NCBI GenBank assembly: GCA_032249155.1
Contig: JAVVGJ010000002.1
Span: forward strand, 10,836 to 74,835
DNA: 64,000 nucleotides
DNA from: Minisyncoccota bacterium
GTDB taxonomy: Bacteria > Patescibacteriota > Minisyncoccia > UBA6257 > HR35
Reading direction: 5' to 3'
Shown: piece by piece, positions 44,961 through 55,862 of the stretch
How positions within the stretch are numbered: the first letter of the stretch is position 1
Layout of the letters: the number at the start of each line of letters is the position of its first letter
Translations under genes and position numbers: made by a program
The notes under the pieces: generated by a model
What the model saw: the letters and a program-made list of their open reading frames with translations, nothing else
Told to the model about the DNA's origin: nothing
Databases searched by the model: none

Positions 44961-45905
44961 TCATTCAATGAGCTCTTTCATCCTTTCTAAAATTTCTTTC
45001 TTTATTTTATCTTTTTCTTTAAACCGAGATTCATAATAACTCTTAAAAAGAGAATAAAATTCTTCAAAGCTCTTGTCAAATTCTTTAAATGCTTTTTCTT
45101 TTTCTCCGGCCATTATTAGATTAACTGTTTTTGCTAAAAGCCTACTAAACCATTCTTGATATAAAATATCTTTTTCTTCTCTGAGCTTTTCTTTACTCAC
45201 TTTCTTTGCTGATCTGATAATATTTCTTATTTCCTTTTCATATTCTGAGGCTGCTTTAAGATAATCTTCTTTAAAGTCTTTGCTTACTTCAATAACTTTT
45301 TCGTTTTCTATAAGAAAAAATCTTTCAAAGGTTGGTGAATAAGCAAAAGCAAGACCGTCAAAAAATGTAAATCTTGGATCTGACCAAGAAACATAAAGCT
45401 TATTATTTTTAATAAAAAAGTTTATTGGATCCAGGGTAGTTGAAATATCAATTTCTTGGAATTTTTTTATTAGTTTGACATTATCATTTTTGTCAATTAA
45501 AAAAATATAAGGGGTAAAGCAGCAATGCATTCCTCCAGAAGGATCGTAGTTAATAACTAAGTATTTGTTTTCATTGTATTCAAGAGCAAAAATGTTGCTA
45601 ATGAAATAAGCCTTTTCTGATTTAAAAACTCTTCTATCTTTACTATATATTTCAAAATAAGCATCCCGAGAACCAAGTCTCTTTGAAGAATTTGGTAAAA
45701 CTTTAATTTTTACATTTCCTATTTCGTATTCTCTAAGATAAGGCTCATCCCACAAAGAAAATCTATCAAGTATTATGATTCTAAAATTGACACCTTTATT
45801 TACTTTATTTTTTTCTAAAGAAAGGCTCAGCCTTGAAAGAGTAAAAGAAGTTAAAACTAAAATAACTAAAAAGAAAACTTTTAGCTTACTAAAAGCATTT
45901 AACAT
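44961..45905 (-). CDS. Hypothetical membrane-anchored/secreted protein
   Basis: 314 aa with an N-terminal hydrophobic segment. No recognised domain. Confidence 0.35.
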   Translation of the reverse strand: MLNAFSKLKVFFLVILVLTSFTLSRLSLSLEKNKVNKGVNFRIIILDRFSLWDEPYLREYEIGNVKIKVLPNSSKRLGSRDAYFEIYSKDRRVFKSEKAYFISNIFALEYNENKYLVINYDPSGGMHCCFTPYIFLIDKNDNVKLIKKFQEIDISTTLDPINFFIKNNKLYVSWSDPRFTFFDGLAFAYSPTFERFFLIENEKVIEVSKDFKEDYLKAASEYEKEIRNIIRSAKKVSKEKLREEKDILYQEWFSRLLAKTVNLIMAGEKEKAFKEFDKSFEEFYSLFKSYYESRFKEKDKIKKEILERMKELIE

Positions 45906-45911
45906 CCTCCA

Positions 45912-46184
45912 TTAAATTACATGGACGATTTTTTTCCAAATTTTTTTACCACTGAAGGTTGTTTTTCTTAAAGTTTTAAATTTAACTCTTCCTGCTTTGA
46001 GTGCGTATAAAGTATCATCTCTTCCCTTAGCTACATTTTTACCAGGTAAAAATTTTGTGCCTCTTTGCCGAACAATTACCATACCAGGAAAAACAATTTC
46101 ACCATCATGTACTTTCACTCCTAGATATTTTGGATTAGAATCTCTTCCTGTTTTAACTGATCCTCCTGCTTTTTTTGTTGCCAT
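45912..46184 (-). CDS. rpmA: 50S ribosomal protein L27
   Basis: 90 aa. [69 protein letters not shown] aligns to L27. Confidence 0.9.
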   Translation of the reverse strand: MATKKAGGSVKTGRDSNPKYLGVKVHDGEIVFPGMVIVRQRGTKFLPGKNVAKGRDDTLYALKAGRVKFKTLRKTTFSGKKIWKKIVHVI

Positions 46185-46214
46185 TTTTTTTAAATTGCTT
46201 CTTAATTATCTTAA

Positions 46215-49200
46215 TTATACCACATTACTTTCTTTGAGATATCTTTTTCTAAATTCCTCTCCAATAACAGGCTTTTTACCTATAATCACATTTTCTTTTA
46301 TTCCTCTAAGCTTATCTTCTCTGCATTCTAAAGCAGATCTTACTAAGGCACGTGAAGTTTCTTGAAAAGAAGCTGCAGAGAGAAAGCTATAAGGCGTAGA
46401 AGCAACCTTTTTGATGCCCATAAGAAGAAGAACGGCTTTTGCTGGTTTAAGGCCATTTTTAATTAGCTCTCTATTTTTTTCAATAAACATATCTTTTTCA
46501 ACTATTTCTCCAATAACAAAATCTGAATCTCCAGGATCTATAACTCTTACTCGAGAGAACATTTTTCTTATGACAAGCTCAATATATTTTTCATGGATAT
46601 CAGCTCCCTGATTGCTATAAACACTTCTTACCTCATTTAAAATGTACTTGAAGGCAGCGATTTTACCTTTAAGACGATAAATAGCTTTAGGATCAATAAT
46701 ACCTTCATTCAAAAGATCTCCTTTTTCAACTATTTGTCCCTTTTTAACTAAAAGTCTAAATTTGCTTGGAATCTTTAAGGAAATTTCTTTATTTCTTGTT
46801 CCTCTAATTTTCACTAAATTATATTTAGGAAATTCTCTAATTTCAACAACCTTTCCTTTGATAGGTGAAAGAACTGCTTCAGAACGAGGAGTAATAGCTT
46901 CAAAAAGTTCTTTTATTCTTGGAAGATCTTGAGTAATATCTTTTGCTGAAATAACACCACCAGCATGGAAAGATCTTAAAACGAATTGAGTTAATCTTTC
47001 TCCAATAGAATGTGTAGCAATAAGACCAACAGCTTCTCCGAGTCTTACAGGTTGGTGTGTACTAAGATCTAACCCATAACATTTTTGACAAACACCATAA
47101 AGAGTTTTACAAGTAAAAACAGACCTTACTTTAACTTGAGAAATAGAGCTTTCTTTATCAATAATTCTAGAAAGTTCATAAGTGATATATTCTCCTTTTT
47201 TTACAATAACTTCTCCTTGAGAGTTTTTAATATCTTCCAAAGCAGTTCGAGAGAAAAGGGCGTCGCCAAAACTCACACCTCTTCTTTGAGCTTCTTCTCG
47301 AGTAATCACAATACCTTCTTCGGTTCCGCAATCAACTTCTCTTACAATTAAATCGTCAAGAGCAGAAGCTAAAATTCTGGTAAGATATCCTGAGTGAGGT
47401 GTTTTTAAAGCTTTATCAGCTACACCTTTTCTAGCTCCGTGGGTAGAACTGAAATATTCTAAAGGAGTTAACCCTGTCTTATAAGAGTGAGAAATAGCTA
47501 AGTCGATTGGTTCGTTAGTTGGTGTTTTAACCACACCTTTAAAAGCAACCATTTGTGCTAACTGATCGTAGCTTCCTCTAGCTCCAGCGTCTATCATAAG
47601 TCTAGCATTATTAGTTAGAGAGATATTTTCTTTAATATCTTTTTCTATTTCTACTTTAGCTCTCACCCAAATTTCTTGAAGCTTTAAATTTTTTTCTTCT
47701 CGGCTTAAGAAACCGTTATGATAAGCTTCCAAGACTTTATTATGTTCATCTAAAGCTTTCTCTAAGATTTCTTCAAGTTTTGGTGGTGATTCTAAATCGC
47801 TAATGCTTAAAGTAATACCAGCTTCAGTTACATACTTGAAACCTAGTTCTTTAAGGTTATCTAAAACGATACTTAATCTTTCCACGCCGTAAATTTCTAA
47901 AATTCTAAGAAGGATAGGGTTAATAGTCTTTTTATTTATCGCTTCGTTTACAAATGGAAAATCTGATGGTAAGTTTTGATTAAAAATTATTCTTCCTACT
48001 GTAGTTTCAATATTTTCTTCATTTTTTACCTTTCTTACTTTTATTTTTGCTTGAAGACTTATTATTTTATTTTCATAAGCCAAAATAGCATCTTTTTCAT
48101 CATTAAAAATTTTACCTTCGCCTTTTTGGTTTGGAAGTTCTAAGGTCAAGTAGTAAAGACCAGCAATCATATCCTTATCAGGTCTAGCTTCAACCATTCC
48201 TGTACCAGGTCTTAAAACATTTAAGGCAGCATTCATAAGTTCTCTAGCTTCTCTTTGAGCTTCAGAAGAAAGTGGTAAAAAGCATCCCATTTGATCTCCA
48301 TCAAAGTCAGCATTATAACCAGAACAAACAAGAGGAGGAATTTTAATAGCTAAACCTTCTGTCAAAATAGGCTTAAAAGCTAAAAAGCTAAGTTTATGAA
48401 GAGTTGGTGGGCGGTTTAAAAGAACATATTTGTCTTTTATCACTCTTTCCAAAGCAGCTACAGCTTCTGGGCTCATTGTTTCAATAAGATAATTGGCTCT
48501 TTTAGAAGTAGTAACTATTCCCTCTTTAAGAAGCTCATGGATAATAAATGGTTTAAAGATTTCTAAAGCCATTTTTTTAGGCAAACCACACTCATTGATT
48601 CTTAAATTAGGATCAACAACAATAACTGATCTTCCAGAATAATCAACTCTTTTTCCCAAGAGATTTTGTCTAAATCTTCCTTCTTTACCTTTCAAAAAGT
48701 CTCCTAAAGATTTAAGAACTTTTCTTTGTCCAACAACAATTTTTTCTTTCTTCAAAGAAGCATCAAGTAAAGCATCAACAGCTTCTTGAAGCATTCTTTT
48801 TTCGTTTCTTAAAATTATTTCTGGTGCTTTAATTTCTATAAGTCTTTTAAGACGATTATTTCTATTGATAATTCTTCGATAAAGATCGTTAAGATCAGAA
48901 GAGGCAATTTTTCCTTCTTTTAGTTGAACAATTGGTCTTATATCTGGAGGTACTACTGGTAAAATAGTCAAAATCATCCATTCTGGTCTTCTTCCGTGTT
49001 TGATAAAAGCATTAATAAACTTTAGTTTCAAAGAAAGAATTTTCTTTTCCTTAGAATCTGCTTTAGCTAATTTTTTAATAGTTTCTTCTCTTAATTTTTC
49101 CAAATCAATTTCTTCTAAAAACTTTCTAATAGGTTCTGCTCCCATATCTACCTCAAAAATACCAGGATATTTTTTAGAGAAGTAGAAATACTCGGCATCA

Positions 49201-49787
49201 GATAAAACTTTCTTTGGTTTCAAAGAGTTAAGTTCTTCTTTAATTTGTTTGTAAATTTCTTGTCTTTGCTTTTTTTCTTCCTTTGATTCTGCTTGAGCTA
49301 AAAATTCTTTATATTCTTTTTCTACTTCTTCTAAAAGCTTTTTCTTTTTTTCTTCATCAACGCGAGTAATAATGTAAGCAGAATAATAAATAACCCTTTC
49401 TAAATCTTTCAAAGGTATGTCTAAAAATATTTTCAAAGGATAAGGATAAACTTTTAAGTACCAAATATGAGAAACAGGTGTTACTAAAGTAATATGCCCC
49501 ATTCTTTCTTTTCTTACCGAAGAATGAGTTACTTCTACTCCGCATCTTTCACAAACAATACCCCTAACTTGAGGTTTTTTATATTTCCCACAAGCGCACT
49601 CAAAATCTTTCATAGGACCAAAAATAACCTCAGAGAAAAGACCTTGTCTATCTGGCTTACCAGTTCGATAGTTAATTGTTTCTGGTTTTAAAACTTCACC
49701 GTGGCTCCAGCTTAAAATCTCTTCAGGAGAAGCTATCTTTAAAACTAAACTTTCTATTTCTGAAGTTGGTTTTTTAATAATAGACAT
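46215..49787 (-). CDS. rpoC: DNA-directed RNA polymerase beta' subunit
   Basis: 1190 aa with a Zn-binding N-terminus (CACGKY...CERCGVEV) and the NADFDGD catalytic motif. It is compact, lacking large lineage-specific insertions. Confidence 0.95.
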   Translation of the reverse strand: MSIIKKPTSEIESLVLKIASPEEILSWSHGEVLKPETINYRTGKPDRQGLFSEVIFGPMKDFECACGKYKKPQVRGIVCERCGVEVTHSSVRKERMGHITLVTPVSHIWYLKVYPYPLKIFLDIPLKDLERVIYYSAYIITRVDEEKKKKLLEEVEKEYKEFLAQAESKEEKKQRQEIYKQIKEELNSLKPKKVLSDAEYFYFSKKYPGIFEVDMGAEPIRKFLEEIDLEKLREETIKKLAKADSKEKKILSLKLKFINAFIKHGRRPEWMILTILPVVPPDIRPIVQLKEGKIASSDLNDLYRRIINRNNRLKRLIEIKAPEIILRNEKRMLQEAVDALLDASLKKEKIVVGQRKVLKSLGDFLKGKEGRFRQNLLGKRVDYSGRSVIVVDPNLRINECGLPKKMALEIFKPFIIHELLKEGIVTTSKRANYLIETMSPEAVAALERVIKDKYVLLNRPPTLHKLSFLAFKPILTEGLAIKIPPLVCSGYNADFDGDQMGCFLPLSSEAQREARELMNAALNVLRPGTGMVEARPDKDMIAGLYYLTLELPNQKGEGKIFNDEKDAILAYENKIISLQAKIKVRKVKNEENIETTVGRIIFNQNLPSDFPFVNEAINKKTINPILLRILEIYGVERLSIVLDNLKELGFKYVTEAGITLSISDLESPPKLEEILEKALDEHNKVLEAYHNGFLSREEKNLKLQEIWVRAKVEIEKDIKENISLTNNARLMIDAGARGSYDQLAQMVAFKGVVKTPTNEPIDLAISHSYKTGLTPLEYFSSTHGARKGVADKALKTPHSGYLTRILASALDDLIVREVDCGTEEGIVITREEAQRRGVSFGDALFSRTALEDIKNSQGEVIVKKGEYITYELSRIIDKESSISQVKVRSVFTCKTLYGVCQKCYGLDLSTHQPVRLGEAVGLIATHSIGERLTQFVLRSFHAGGVISAKDITQDLPRIKELFEAITPRSEAVLSPIKGKVVEIREFPKYNLVKIRGTRNKEISLKIPSKFRLLVKKGQIVEKGDLLNEGIIDPKAIYRLKGKIAAFKYILNEVRSVYSNQGADIHEKYIELVIRKMFSRVRVIDPGDSDFVIGEIVEKDMFIEKNRELIKNGLKPAKAVLLLMGIKKVASTPYSFLSAASFQETSRALVRSALECREDKLRGIKENVIIGKKPVIGEEFRKRYLKESNVV

Positions 49788-49789
49788 TT

Positions 49790-52700
49790 TTAATTAGCTG
49801 TTCCTTGAGGTTCAGTTTTTTGAACTTCGACTTTTTGATAAGTAGGAGGAATTTCTTCTGGTTTTTCTCGGTAACGAATTTCAATATTTAAACCTAAACC
49901 TCGAAGTTCATTAATCAGAACTAAAAAGACATGAGGAAAAGAGGAATAAGAAATATCTTCTCCTCTAATAATACTTTGATAAGCAATATTTCTTCCTTTA
50001 ACATCATCAGATTTTATTGTTAAAACCTCGTGTAAAATCTCAGTAGCTCCATGAGCTTCGATAGCCCACATTTCCATTTCACCAATTCTTTGACCTCCAA
50101 ATCTTGATTTACCACCTGGAGGTTGTTGAGTAATAAGAGAATAAGGACCAATTGAACGAGCATGAATTTTATCTTCAACCATGTGAACAAGTTTCATAAT
50201 TGTCATATAACCAACTAAAACTTTTTGAGGGAATTTTTCTCCTGTAAGGCCATCATAAAGATCAACTTTACCATCTGGAGGCAATCCTGCTTTTTTAAGC
50301 TCTTCGGCTATTTCTTCAATTGTTACTCCAGAAAATGGAGGAACAACAGCATGATAACCTAAATTTTTAGCAGCCAGGCCAAGGAGCGCTTCTAAAATTT
50401 GTCCTAAATTCATTCTGGAAATAACTCCTACAGGATTTAAAATAATATCAAGCCTTCTTCCATCTTGTAAAAAGGGCATATCTTCTTCTTTAGCGATTAA
50501 AGAAATAATTCCTTTATTTCCATGTCTATTAGCTAACTTATCACCAACTTGAATTTTTCTAAGTTTAGCTATCTTTACAAAAATTCTTTTAATCACACCT
50601 ATTTCAGAAATCTCTCCTTTGCTTCTTTCTAAAACTCTAACTCCTATTACCCTTCCAGATCTTCCTGGTTCAAGATAGAGAGAAGTATCTTTAACTTCTT
50701 GTACCTTTTCTCCAAAAATAGCTCTCAGAAGTTTTTCTTCTGGTGTAACTTCTTCAGTTTGTTTAGGTGTAATTTTACCAACTAAAATATCACCAGCTTT
50801 AACGTATGTTCCTATCCTTACTATTCCGTCAATATCTAAATTAGCTAATTTTTCTACAGGAACTCCTGGAATATCATTAGTAGTCATTTCTGGACCAAGT
50901 TTTGTATCCACAACATCAGTAAAGAATTCTTCAATATAAACAGAGCTAAAAATATCATCCTTTAAAAGTCTTTCTGAAATAATAATAGCATCTTCAAAAT
51001 TGTATCCTCTCCAAGGAAGAAAGCCCACTAAAAGATTCTGACCTAAAGCTAAATGTCCATCTTTAATTCCTGGGCCATCTGTTAAAACATCTCCTTTTTT
51101 AACTTTGTCTCCAGGTTTAACGATAGGTTTTTGATTATAACATGTATATTTCGAAGTCATCTCAAATTTTTTAAGATGATAGGTTACTTTTTTTCCATCT
51201 TTTGTTTCAATAGTTATATGATCGGCATCAACACTAGTTACAGTACCATCAACATCAGAGATTATGATTCTTCCTGATTCAAGAGCAGCTTTCTTTTCAA
51301 GTCCTGTCATTACTAAAGGAATTTCTGGCTTTACCAAAGGTACAGCTTGTCTTTGCATATTTGTCCCCATCTGAAGTCTATTAGCATCATTATGATTGCC
51401 AAAAGGAATAAGTGATGTTGAAAGAGAAAAAATTTGGAACGGAGAAACATCAATTAAAGTAACCTCGCTTTTATGAACTATAGTAGCTTCACCTTTTACT
51501 CTTGCTTCTACATATTCATCTAAAATATTTCCTTTGTCATCAATTCTTACATTTCTTGAAGCAATAATTTCATTAAGTTCTTGATCATAAGTAAGCCACA
51601 GAGTTTCATCAGTAACTTTTCCATTTTTTACTCTTAAATATGGAGTTTCTAAAAATCCTAAAGAATTTCTTCGAGAATAAAGAGCTTTATTAAGTTTTAT
51701 ACCAACTGCTTGACCTTCGTGAGGCGTTTGAATAGGACAAATTCTTCCATAATGAGAAGGATGAACGTCTCTTACTTCTAAAGAAGCTCTTTCTTTAGAA
51801 ACTCCGCCTGGTCCTGAAGCTGTAATTACTCTTTTATTTTCTATTTCTGAAAGAGGTGAGGTTTGATCTAAAATTTGTGAAAGTCTTGAAGTATTAAAGA
51901 ATTCTAAAATAGTGTTAGAAAACTTTCTTGGATGAATAATTTGAGATGGCGTAAGTTCTTCTAATTTGCTTACAGAACTCATTTTATCTTGAATGTCTCT
52001 TTTAAGTCTTGAAAGTGCTATTCTTACCTGATTTTCCAAAAGCTCTCCTAAGTCTCTTATTCTTCTGTTGTATAAAGCATCAACATCATCTCTCACTCCT
52101 AAAGGATCGTTTTCTAATCTTAAGATTTCTTTTACAACACTAAGAAGATCATCTTTTTCTAAAACTAATGAATCTGAATTTCTATTAAGTCTTCTGTTAA
52201 GATGAAATCTTCCTACTCTTGAAAGGTTATATCTTTGAGGATTCAAAAATGTTGATTCAAAATAATAAAGGGCATTATCATAAGTATTTGGTTCAATAGG
52301 CTTCATTTTCCTATGAATTTCTAAAAGAGCTTCTTCTCTATTTTCTGTCTTATCTTTTTTCAAAGTAGTAGTTAAAATAGGATTTTCAGGATTTTCGTAT
52401 TCTTTTAATAATTCGAAAATTTCTTCATTAGTTTCAAAACCAAAAGCTTTTAAAAGTATAGAGAAAAGAAATTTCTTTCTTTTATCTACTCTTACCTGAA
52501 GCAAATTAGTGGCTTCAACTTGAAATTCGAGCCATGCTCCTTGTTGCGGAATTATTTTAGCTCCCCATCTTTTCTTTTCACCATAGAGAATAAAATCAAA
52601 ATAAATACCAGGAGAGCGCAAAAGTTGATTAACGATAACTCTTTCATGACCATTAATAATAAAAGAACCTCGAGGAGTAAGTAAAGGAAGATCTCCAAAA

Positions 52701-53008
52701 TAAATTTTTTGTGTTTTTTCCTCTTTGGTCAAAAGGTTAGTAAGTTTAAGCGTCACTCTAAGTGGAGCATCATAATTAACTCCATAATATTTTGCTTCTT
52801 CTTCAGTAATTCGAGGTTCTCCTATTTCTAAATCAACAAAATCAAGTTTTAATTCTTTTTCAGAATAATCAAAAATAGGGAAAAATTCTTTAAAGGCTCT
52901 TTTAATATCTTCCTTTAAAAATCTTTCAAAAGAATCACGAATATCAGACAAAAGGTGGGGCGGCTCTAAATAAGAGTATTTTGAAAAATTTTTAACGCGA
53001 AACATCAA
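49790..53008 (-). CDS. rpoB: DNA-directed RNA polymerase beta subunit
   Basis: 1072 aa with conserved beta regions, including GDKLANRHGNKG. Confidence 0.95.
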   Translation of the reverse strand: MMFRVKNFSKYSYLEPPHLLSDIRDSFERFLKEDIKRAFKEFFPIFDYSEKELKLDFVDLEIGEPRITEEEAKYYGVNYDAPLRVTLKLTNLLTKEEKTQKIYFGDLPLLTPRGSFIINGHERVIVNQLLRSPGIYFDFILYGEKKRWGAKIIPQQGAWLEFQVEATNLLQVRVDKRKKFLFSILLKAFGFETNEEIFELLKEYENPENPILTTTLKKDKTENREEALLEIHRKMKPIEPNTYDNALYYFESTFLNPQRYNLSRVGRFHLNRRLNRNSDSLVLEKDDLLSVVKEILRLENDPLGVRDDVDALYNRRIRDLGELLENQVRIALSRLKRDIQDKMSSVSKLEELTPSQIIHPRKFSNTILEFFNTSRLSQILDQTSPLSEIENKRVITASGPGGVSKERASLEVRDVHPSHYGRICPIQTPHEGQAVGIKLNKALYSRRNSLGFLETPYLRVKNGKVTDETLWLTYDQELNEIIASRNVRIDDKGNILDEYVEARVKGEATIVHKSEVTLIDVSPFQIFSLSTSLIPFGNHNDANRLQMGTNMQRQAVPLVKPEIPLVMTGLEKKAALESGRIIISDVDGTVTSVDADHITIETKDGKKVTYHLKKFEMTSKYTCYNQKPIVKPGDKVKKGDVLTDGPGIKDGHLALGQNLLVGFLPWRGYNFEDAIIISERLLKDDIFSSVYIEEFFTDVVDTKLGPEMTTNDIPGVPVEKLANLDIDGIVRIGTYVKAGDILVGKITPKQTEEVTPEEKLLRAIFGEKVQEVKDTSLYLEPGRSGRVIGVRVLERSKGEISEIGVIKRIFVKIAKLRKIQVGDKLANRHGNKGIISLIAKEEDMPFLQDGRRLDIILNPVGVISRMNLGQILEALLGLAAKNLGYHAVVPPFSGVTIEEIAEELKKAGLPPDGKVDLYDGLTGEKFPQKVLVGYMTIMKLVHMVEDKIHARSIGPYSLITQQPPGGKSRFGGQRIGEMEMWAIEAHGATEILHEVLTIKSDDVKGRNIAYQSIIRGEDISYSSFPHVFLVLINELRGLGLNIEIRYREKPEEIPPTYQKVEVQKTEPQGTAN

Positions 53009-53121
53009 AAAAGAGGTTTAGGTACCCTCCCTAAATTTAGTTTTATAAGTTTAATCTTTAATCATTTAAAACAAACCCTATTTAATTTTACTACAAAAAT
53101 TTTAAGCTTGTCAAGTTTTAG

Positions 53122-54351
53122 TTATTTAGCGCTGCTATATAAAACTTTAATTTCTAGATCAGATAAAGCTCGGCTATAAATTCTTATTTCATCTAAAACT
53201 CCTTTAAAATATGCATTACCACTTGCTTGCCAACCTAAATAACCAATATAAAGAGGATTTGGTGCTGGACCCATAGAATAAGGATAAGATGGTAAACATT
53301 GACGAGTTAAAATTCCGTTTCGATATACTTTTAGAAAAGAACCTTTTTTAAACGTACCAGCAACAAATTGCCATTCATTTAAAGAAAGTGGTGAACCTCC
53401 ATAACAAGGAGAATATCTCCATTGAGTGTCATAAAGATGATAAATTTCCAATCCATAATTAGAAGGGTTTTGGTCAAAAAGGTATCCTGGGGTTTGATGT
53501 CTAATGATATGTGTATCGCCGTTAAAAGCAGTAGGATATGTCCAAAAGATAATAGACACTGCTTCTCCGTTGGTATCTAGGTTATTTGAATCGGGTACTA
53601 TTACATAATCATCTACACCATCAAAGATGAGTCCCCAACCGCTTTTTCCTTTTACCCATCCTGAAGAAGAATTAAAATTAAAGTTATATAAAGTGCCGTT
53701 GCTGTTATAACCGCTAAGATCGTAAGTTATTGTTCCTGTACCTTCCTCAAAAGGAAGATAAATAACTAAACCTGATTGGGGATTAGGGATTTTTAAGTCG
53801 CTGCCAATTTCATAAAGAAGAGGCTCTATGCCCCCATCATTTACCATCATTAAAGCAAAATTTTCTGACTCCATTCTAGCTGTTATTTTATATTTATTTC
53901 CTTTTTTTGTATAAGCATAAAAATAATCACTATTATTTAATGGGTCGATAGGTAAAGAAGAAATTCCTAAAAGAAGGTTAGAGAAATTAAGAGGAAGCCA
54001 ACCTTGTCCGTTTATTTTTCTAAAGTCATTTGAATTAACGCATCTATAAGAAAAAGGAGTATAAAGAGGAGGGAGTTTTGAAAGGTAAGAAGAACAGTTA
54101 GAACTGGTATCAGGCAAAGAAATGTAAATTATGTTTTCTTCACCTAAAAAAACATCTGGATTTTGATTTATTAAAATCTGAATAGCTGAATTTAAAGCTT
54201 GAAGATCATTAATTCTTTTTGAATCTCTGGCTCTTTTAATAAAGTCTAAAGAATTAAAAGCAAAAAATAAAATAGCCGAGAGAACGCCTATTAAAAAAAT
54301 CACTATTAAAATTTCAAAAATTGTAAATCCTTTTTTATTTGAACGTTCCAT
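53122..54351 (-). CDS. Type IV pilin-like protein with C-terminal LamG-like (concanavalin A-like lectin) domain
   Basis: 409 aa. The N-terminal KKGFTIFEILIVIFLIGVLSAI fits prepilin G|FTxxE. The C-terminal ...NEWQFVAGTF...GVLDEIRIYSRALSDLEIKVLY is a LamG_3-type signature. Confidence 0.6.
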   Translation of the reverse strand: MERSNKKGFTIFEILIVIFLIGVLSAILFFAFNSLDFIKRARDSKRINDLQALNSAIQILINQNPDVFLGEENIIYISLPDTSSNCSSYLSKLPPLYTPFSYRCVNSNDFRKINGQGWLPLNFSNLLLGISSLPIDPLNNSDYFYAYTKKGNKYKITARMESENFALMMVNDGGIEPLLYEIGSDLKIPNPQSGLVIYLPFEEGTGTITYDLSGYNSNGTLYNFNFNSSSGWVKGKSGWGLIFDGVDDYVIVPDSNNLDTNGEAVSIIFWTYPTAFNGDTHIIRHQTPGYLFDQNPSNYGLEIYHLYDTQWRYSPCYGGSPLSLNEWQFVAGTFKKGSFLKVYRNGILTRQCLPSYPYSMGPAPNPLYIGYLGWQASGNAYFKGVLDEIRIYSRALSDLEIKVLYSSAK

Positions 54352-55453
54352 GTAAAATACCTAAAGCGAAAACTAAGGAAATAAAAATTATCAAAGCTTT
54401 GTTAAATTTAAAGTATTTTTTTTCTTTGAGTTTTAAATAAATAAGAGTTAAAACAAGAAAGTTAAAACCTAAAAAGATTTCACTAATTATGCTAATTATT
54501 TTCACTAAAGAATCGGAAGAGATAAAAAGAAGAAAAAGGATAGAAAAAATTAAGATAAGGTTTGCTTTAGTTTGAGAAAAATTATAATCAAAAATAAGGC
54601 CTCTTTTAAGATAAAAAGCTAAGTCAACGAGCATAATATTAAAAGTAACTAAAATAAGGATAGCTAAAAATAAAGGGAGAGGCAAAAATGGTTTTAAAGA
54701 TTCAAGAGATGTCTCGGAAACGTTAAGACCTAAAAAACCTAAAACCGAAAGAGCATAAAAAAGATAAATTAAGCTTACTAATACAAGAGAAATTAAATTA
54801 ACCTTTACAAATTTTTCTTTGTTTCTTCCAAGAACATCTAAAGCTAAAGGAACTGCCGATGTCCCTGAAAAAGCAAAAAGCAAAACTCCGTAAGGAAGAA
54901 AAAAATCTTTACTGCCTTGAAAAATTAAATAAAAATTTGAAAAATTAACTTGAAAAGTAAGCCAAAGAGAGATGAAAACAAAAAAGATAATAATACTCAA
55001 ACCCAAAAGAGTTTCAAATTTTGCAAAAATTTTAAGATTTCTGGAAATAAAGTAGATATTAAAAAGAGCAAAAATAAGTTTAGCTAAAAATGTATATTCT
55101 CCTAAAACTACCGACCAAAACCTTTCAAAAGCTAAAAGGTAAATTAAAAAAACTCCCAAGGTTCCAAAAAAATCAAAAACCCAAACAAGATGTTTTAGAT
55201 CTTTATGAAGATAGATTCCAGCAAGTCCTGGAAGATTATGAGTTTCTTTAGTTTGAAAAATTATTTCTGCAAAAATAAGATGAAGGATAAAAAAGCTAAA
55301 GAGCCAGAAAAGAAACCAAAAGATAAACCAAAGACCTCCTTTCAAAAAAGTATATGGTAAAACAAAAACACCTAAACCAATAATCGTGCTTAAAAAAATA
55401 AAAATCGCTTCTATCTCTTTAGTTATTTTCATTTCTTTTGATAAATTCTTCAA
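54335..55453 (-). CDS. Polytopic membrane transporter, amino-acid (Trp/Tyr-type) permease-like
   Basis: 372 aa with about 11 TM helices. The N-terminal IGLGVFVLPYTF resembles the amino-acid permease consensus. This is a weak call. Confidence 0.3.
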   Translation of the reverse strand: MKNLSKEMKITKEIEAIFIFLSTIIGLGVFVLPYTFLKGGLWFIFWFLFWLFSFFILHLIFAEIIFQTKETHNLPGLAGIYLHKDLKHLVWVFDFFGTLGVFLIYLLAFERFWSVVLGEYTFLAKLIFALFNIYFISRNLKIFAKFETLLGLSIIIFFVFISLWLTFQVNFSNFYLIFQGSKDFFLPYGVLLFAFSGTSAVPLALDVLGRNKEKFVKVNLISLVLVSLIYLFYALSVLGFLGLNVSETSLESLKPFLPLPLFLAILILVTFNIMLVDLAFYLKRGLIFDYNFSQTKANLILIFSILFLLFISSDSLVKIISIISEIFLGFNFLVLTLIYLKLKEKKYFKFNKALIIFISLVFALGILHGTFK

Positions 55454-55862
55454 TATAGTGCCACAAAGTTAAAATTATTACAGTAATAATTGTTGTTAAA
55501 AAAGCTTCAAAATAAAAACCTAAACCGACAGCACCACCTATAGCTGCCGTCACCCATAAAGCTGCGGCAGTAGTTAGTCCTAAAATTTTTTCCTCTTTAA
55601 GAAAAATAAGCCCTGCTCCTAAAAATCCTATTCCTACAACTAAGTTAGCTAAAACCCTCGAAGTACTAGTTGGATCCATAAAAGAGAATTTGTAACCAAG
55701 ATAACTAAAAAGACAAGCTCCTAAAGCCACTAAAGAAAAAGTTCTTAAACCGGCTTGTTTTCTAAAAAAACTCCTTTCAGCTCCAATAATTCCTCCTAAA
55801 ATTGATGCTAAAAAAAATTTGTAAATTATTTCTAAAAGTGACATTTTACATTTTTTCTTCAA
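55419..55862 (-). CDS. MgtC/SapB family membrane protein (N-terminal domain only)
   Basis: 147 aa. LASILGGIIGAERSFFRKQAGLRTFSLVALGA matches the MgtC family consensus. Confidence 0.65.
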   Translation of the reverse strand: MKKKCKMSLLEIIYKFFLASILGGIIGAERSFFRKQAGLRTFSLVALGACLFSYLGYKFSFMDPTSTSRVLANLVVGIGFLGAGLIFLKEEKILGLTTAAALWVTAAIGGAVGLGFYFEAFLTTIITVIILTLWHYIEEFIKRNENN

